A stretch of 64,000 nucleotides of DNA, taken from the NCBI GenBank assembly GCA_013289165.1, contig JABDAL010000005.1, forward strand, positions 846 to 64,845, given 5' to 3'. A program made the translations under genes and the position numbers. Below the pieces are notes generated by a model. It was not told the DNA's origin, did not search any database, and saw only the letters and a list, made by a program, of their open reading frames with translations. The DNA is from Bacteroidota bacterium. GTDB taxonomy: Bacteria; Bacteroidota; Bacteroidia; JABEUT01. Of this stretch, positions 60,030 to 64,000 are shown piece after piece (position 1 is the first letter of the stretch; every line of letters begins with the position of its first letter).

Positions 60030-60588
60030 AACGGATAAGGTAATTTTGGGTATTGACCCAGGAACTACTATTATGGGATATGGCCTTGTAAAAATAACAG
60101 GGAAAGAGGCGAGCCTTATTCATATGGATATTCTCATGTTAAATAAACTTCCCAATCACTTTTTAAAATTGAAAAAAATATTTGAAGAAACCCTCCGCAT
60201 TATTGAACTATACAAACCCGACGAAGTTGCTTTAGAAGCTCCTTTTTATGCGAAAAATATCCAGTCAATGTTAAAACTGGGCAGGGCACAGGGTATTTCA
60301 ATGGCCGCCGCTCTTCATCACAATTTACCTGTTTTTGAATACTCGCCCCGTAAGATTAAACAATCTATCACCGGGAAAGGTTCATCGAGCAAAGAACAGG
60401 TTGCTATTATGCTTCAACGTATACTGACACTTCAATCGCTTCCTGAAAAATTGGATGCAACCGATGCCCTTGCAGTTGCAATATGCCACTTTTTTCAAAA
60501 TACTGTCGAGTCTTTTACACCGGCAAAAAAAATAAATAGCTGGAAATCCTTTGCCAGTGAAAACCCCGGGAAGATTAGCGGCTTATAA
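59983..60588 (+). CDS. ruvC: crossover junction endodeoxyribonuclease RuvC (true start probably GTG 60010 or later)
   Basis: ILGIDPGTTIMGYG..., EAPFYAKNIQSMLKLGRAQG, DATDALAVAICH. Confidence 0.88.
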   Translation: MKQLQNFISVRGGENKTDKVILGIDPGTTIMGYGLVKITGKEASLIHMDILMLNKLPNHFLKLKKIFEETLRIIELYKPDEVALEAPFYAKNIQSMLKLGRAQGISMAAALHHNLPVFEYSPRKIKQSITGKGSSSKEQVAIMLQRILTLQSLPEKLDATDALAVAICHFFQNTVESFTPAKKINSWKSFASENPGKISGL

Positions 60589-60975
60589 ATACTTGCAAAT
60601 TTCTGCCTGAACCTGCTTAAGTTCTTCGGGGGATGGTGTAAGTTTTCCCCTGGAGAAATTTAAATCCCCTACACTATTCAATGGCACCAAATGTATGTGT
60701 GCATGAGGTACTTCCAGACCAATTGCTGCTATTCCTATCCGCTTACATGAAACAGCTGCTTCAATAGCCTTCGCCACCTTTTTGGCAAATAAATTAAGCT
60801 CGGAAAGCAATGCATCGTCTAAATCAAAAATATAATCAATTTCTTTTTTAGGAATAACCAACGTATGCCCTTTAGCTAACGGAAAAATATCAAGAAAAGC
60901 CAGACAATTTTCCGTCTCCGCTATTTTGTAACAAGGGAGTTCGCCATTTACAATTTTTGCAAATATGGAAGCCAT
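60583..60975 (-). CDS. HIT-family protein
   Basis: Histidine-triad motif HAHIHLVP; N-terminus IFAKIVNGELP. Confidence 0.85.
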   Translation of the reverse strand: MASIFAKIVNGELPCYKIAETENCLAFLDIFPLAKGHTLVIPKKEIDYIFDLDDALLSELNLFAKKVAKAIEAAVSCKRIGIAAIGLEVPHAHIHLVPLNSVGDLNFSRGKLTPSPEELKQVQAEICKYL

Positions 60976-60976
60976 T

Positions 60977-61450
60977 TTAGATAGAAACTTCTAGTATCTC
61001 GAGCCCCATTTCGCCCGCAGGAGTGGCTACCTTTACCTTATCACCTACTTTTTTGCCCAGTAACCCTTTTGCAACAGGGGAATTAACCGATATTTTCCCT
61101 TCCTTCAAATTTGCCTCATTTTCTGTCACAATAGTATAGTTCATGATGGAGCCTGTTTTCTGATTTTTAATTTTCACCCTGGATAGAATAAGAACCTTTG
61201 AATGATCGAGCGTTGAGGGGTCAATTATTTTTGCATTACTAACTATGTCCTCCATTTTAGAAATTTTGAGCTCCAACAATCCCTGGGCTTCTTTGGCAGC
61301 ATGATATTCTGCGTTTTCCGACAAGTCGCCCTTGTCTCGTGCCTCAGCAATTTGTTTAGAAATGGAGGGTCTTTCCACTGTTTTAAGGTGATGCAGTTCC
61401 TTCAGGAGCTTATCCAGCCCTTCCTGGGTAAAATACGCAGCTTGTGACAT
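60977..61450 (-). CDS. greA: transcription elongation factor GreA
   Basis: AREKGDLSENAEYHAAKE motif; 157 aa. Confidence 0.9.
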   Translation of the reverse strand: MSQAAYFTQEGLDKLLKELHHLKTVERPSISKQIAEARDKGDLSENAEYHAAKEAQGLLELKISKMEDIVSNAKIIDPSTLDHSKVLILSRVKIKNQKTGSIMNYTIVTENEANLKEGKISVNSPVAKGLLGKKVGDKVKVATPAGEMGLEILEVSI

Positions 61451-61554
61451 GGAGAAAGTACTTTTATTACTATTAAGAGGGTTTTATTTAGTGTAAAAAG
61501 GAGAGAGCTATAGCACCCCCTCCTTTTGCAAATATATATAAAAAATTTTAGAAA

Positions 61555-62664
61555 TTACAAATCTAGTTTTATACCTATTGTATTACATCCCTGGTAAGGA
61601 TTGGTACTCCGGTAAGCATAGGATACGCCAAAAACGCTATGTTTCTTTTTGCCGAAAGGACACTGCAAGGTTACTCCAGCGCAAAAACCGGTGAAGACTG
61701 TAAGACGCCCCCCGGTAGTTGGGTTTGTACTGAGTGAACTTGTAATTCCATTTTGATAATCATATCCTACTCTTGCACTAAAATAGGATTTAAAAGCATA
61801 TTCTACTCCCAGCATTTCCTCATCCTGAGTGAAGGAATTAGAAGTAAAGTTAGCTGCGACTGTTAAACGATGAACACTTTTTGTGCCCGAATCCTTAGCA
61901 AGATAAAAATCGTAAGCAGCACCTATATTGACCAATGAAGGAAGTTCAAAAGACTGTGACCGCTGCTCAGCCGTTTCTGTAGCCGACCCATTGGGGGGTT
62001 GTTGTTGTGGCAAAGGGGTTTGAAATGCAAGCCCGTCTCCGGAGAATGTCACAGGCGGCCCCACATTTTTCAACGCTATACCAAAATGAATATTTTTTTG
62101 TTTCCCGGCAACATACTGTATTCCTGCATCAATAGCCACACCCGCAGCATGAACATTGGCAATCTGCTCGTCAATAAACTTTACGTTTACTCCCCCATAA
62201 ATATAATCGGAAAAATGCTTTGCATATCCGGCACCAATGTTAATAAAATCAGGAGTAAAAGTTCCTATTCCTCCATCGGGATAATCATACGATGTCATGT
62301 TTATTGTTCCTAAACTCATATCCATAATAGAAAAACCAATGGCACCCGATTCGCCAACCGGCTGGCTCAATCCTATTTCTGATATGTGTATACCGGCACC
62401 ATCAAGATAATCGGTACTGGCTCCCATAATTTCAGTCTTGTTTAATGTAGCTATTCCGGCAATATTTAAAAACTGTGCTTCAATACCCTGCACACAGGCC
62501 GAATTAGCTCCTGCAAAACCCGATGTTCCTGCCCAAGGGTCAATAAGCAACTCCGAAGCTCCCGCCTGACCTGATCGCTGAGGGTCACCAGCTTTTATTT
62601 CATTGCAATAATAGCTTGCTGCAAAGCTTATTAGGATTGCTGCTACGGTACTCTTGTTTTTCAT
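61555..62664 (-). CDS. PorV/PorQ-family T9SS-associated outer-membrane beta-barrel
   Basis: N-terminal GQAGASELLIDPWAGTSGFAGANSA...EAQFLNIAGIA resembles the PorV/PorQ signature. Beta-barrel periodicity ends ...IGIKLDL. Confidence 0.55.
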   Translation of the reverse strand: MKNKSTVAAILISFAASYYCNEIKAGDPQRSGQAGASELLIDPWAGTSGFAGANSACVQGIEAQFLNIAGIATLNKTEIMGASTDYLDGAGIHISEIGLSQPVGESGAIGFSIMDMSLGTINMTSYDYPDGGIGTFTPDFINIGAGYAKHFSDYIYGGVNVKFIDEQIANVHAAGVAIDAGIQYVAGKQKNIHFGIALKNVGPPVTFSGDGLAFQTPLPQQQPPNGSATETAEQRSQSFELPSLVNIGAAYDFYLAKDSGTKSVHRLTVAANFTSNSFTQDEEMLGVEYAFKSYFSARVGYDYQNGITSSLSTNPTTGGRLTVFTGFCAGVTLQCPFGKKKHSVFGVSYAYRSTNPYQGCNTIGIKLDL

Positions 62665-62771
62665 ATAAACATTTAATGTTTTTAACTATTTCCTTTTATT
62701 TACTTCAAACACTACCCCCCTTATATGCCCAAGGAAGGTAGTGTTACTTTTCTTTTATTTTAATTGACTAC

Positions 62772-64000
62772 TCAATAAGATGTTACGTCTAAAGGTCTCA
62801 TTACTCCAAACCACTTCAATGTTACTTCCCCTACATTGGGTACAGCAACGTGAATCAGGTACAACCCACTCGCAATAGGCACATTATACTGGTTTTGCAG
62901 GGTCCAGTCGACATACGTTTGTGGGGAGTTCTTATTTATTACTTTTATCAGTGTTCCTCCTAACGTAAAAATAGAAATAGTGCATGTAGGAGGTAAATTT
63001 GTAATTCTAACTCTCGTATCCAAGCCGCTGGATTCGTACCCTGAATATGCATAATATGGATTAGGTACTACATTTATCAGGCTGAGTGCACTTACAGCTG
63101 CCGCATTATTATTTGTAACAACTTGTAATCCGTTCGTGGTGAATGAATACATAGGGTAATTCTTGTTGTCCGGAGTCGGGTTTCTCCATATCGAACCCTC
63201 TTTTGTATTCCCTGCACCATTAACCTTGCTTCCATTAAGGAATGTTTCACTATATGCTGTATCGTAAGGTTTTTGTACCCTTAACCTTACTGTCGCATCA
63301 CACTCTAATAATTGGTGCCCGGCTGTTAAAAGAGGGATACTTACCCACATTACATCATTCAATATTCTTTCCTGCCACCAATGATAGTTAGATCCCGGAG
63401 TTGTTTTTTGAAAGTCTGCAAATAGTGTGCTGTCCTTATCGTATGCAGGTATACTATAGTTATAACTGGTAACACCATTTACCTCAACATTATGATTATG
63501 GCCAAAAACATAAATGTAGTGTTTGCCTCCAAAAATACTTGTTACTCCAAAGTATTGCCCTGCACCGGAAGTACCACCGGAGGAGAAAAGAATAGAATCG
63601 GGGTCCCATTTCATATCCCGACCCCCGTCTGCATTGAGCCAGGAATCTTCTCCGAAAGCCATATTGAGCCTTTCACCTGTTTCAACATTAATAGCATAGC
63701 CTGGGAACCAACTCATACCAGTAGGAGAAATATAACTCGGCAGTGTGGGGTCAGTATATTCAGCCACATCTGTGGGTGAAGCAGGTTTATAGGTCATCGA
63801 CAGGGAAGGTGCTTTTCTTGGAGTTAACTTATTGGCATTTCCCTCGGCAAGGTTTGGATTATCATCTTCTTCTAAAACAACACACCTTGTCCACTTAGAT
63901 GGGTCAGACGTAAATACAATATCCACACTGGCAATATTACCAATTGAATCAGCCACCTGGGCATTTGTTTGTATGGCAGGGCTTGTACTACCACTGGGGG
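62772..64000 (-). CDS. large secreted protein, 3' part (the frame stays open to the window edge) with a FlgD-Ig/T9SS-CTD-like C-terminal beta-sandwich
   Basis: No stop lies upstream of the GTG at 63954-63956 up to position 64000. C-terminus ..VVPNPYYAYSGYE..VRITNLP..ISIFTLGGTLI...SGLYLIHV... Confidence 0.5.
   Translation of the reverse strand, partial: PSGSTSPAIQTNAQVADSIGNIASVDIVFTSDPSKWTRCVVLEEDDNPNLAEGNANKLTPRKAPSLSMTYKPASPTDVAEYTDPTLPSYISPTGMSWFPGYAINVETGERLNMAFGEDSWLNADGGRDMKWDPDSILFSSGGTSGAGQYFGVTSIFGGKHYIYVFGHNHNVEVNGVTSYNYSIPAYDKDSTLFADFQKTTPGSNYHWWQERILNDVMWVSIPLLTAGHQLLECDATVRLRVQKPYDTAYSETFLNGSKVNGAGNTKEGSIWRNPTPDNKNYPMYSFTTNGLQVVTNNNAAAVSALSLINVVPNPYYAYSGYESSGLDTRVRITNLPPTCTISIFTLGGTLIKVINKNSPQTYVDWTLQNQYNVPIASGLYLIHVAVPNVGEVTLKWFGVMRPLDVTSY

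Overview
This is a low-GC chromosomal segment of Bacteroidota type. Supporting signs are T9SS C-terminal sorting domains, a PorV-like gene, TAnnTTTG-type promoter boxes, and the dut / TPR / DUF4292-like / M23 synteny. Most of the window is ordinary housekeeping and envelope biosynthesis: prfB with its +1 frameshift, lpxB, truB, nth, dut, purN, tyrS, ruvC, greA, tRNA-Thr, glycosyltransferases, Wzz-like and O-antigen-ligase-like genes, and acyl-CoA metabolism. There is also a run of secreted T9SS cargo genes (PNGase F-like, C10 peptidase, NHL-repeat protein) and a 1504-aa repeat-rich surface protein ending in an ALK/LTK-like glycine-rich domain. Two accessory patches stand out. Patch 1 (about 1-5300) holds an IS1595-family transposase, small secreted proteins, a beta-barrel gene and two small membrane-protein cassettes separated by a 42-nt repeat. 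Patch 2 (37767-41313) is a 3547-bp transposase-less cargo element with about 27-bp terminal inverted repeats and a perfect 8-bp target duplication. It cleanly splits the NHL-repeat T9SS gene. Both patches carry a paralogous non-coding block of about 250 nt directly 5' of diverged beta-barrel genes. Several helices in this block are supported by compensatory substitutions between the two copies, and a conserved TAnnTTTG box sits upstream. Its first hairpin is homologous to the two termini of the cargo element placed back to back. I rate this structured element and its link to the mobile element as the most interesting signal. No CRISPR array, rRNA or recognisable defence genes were seen.
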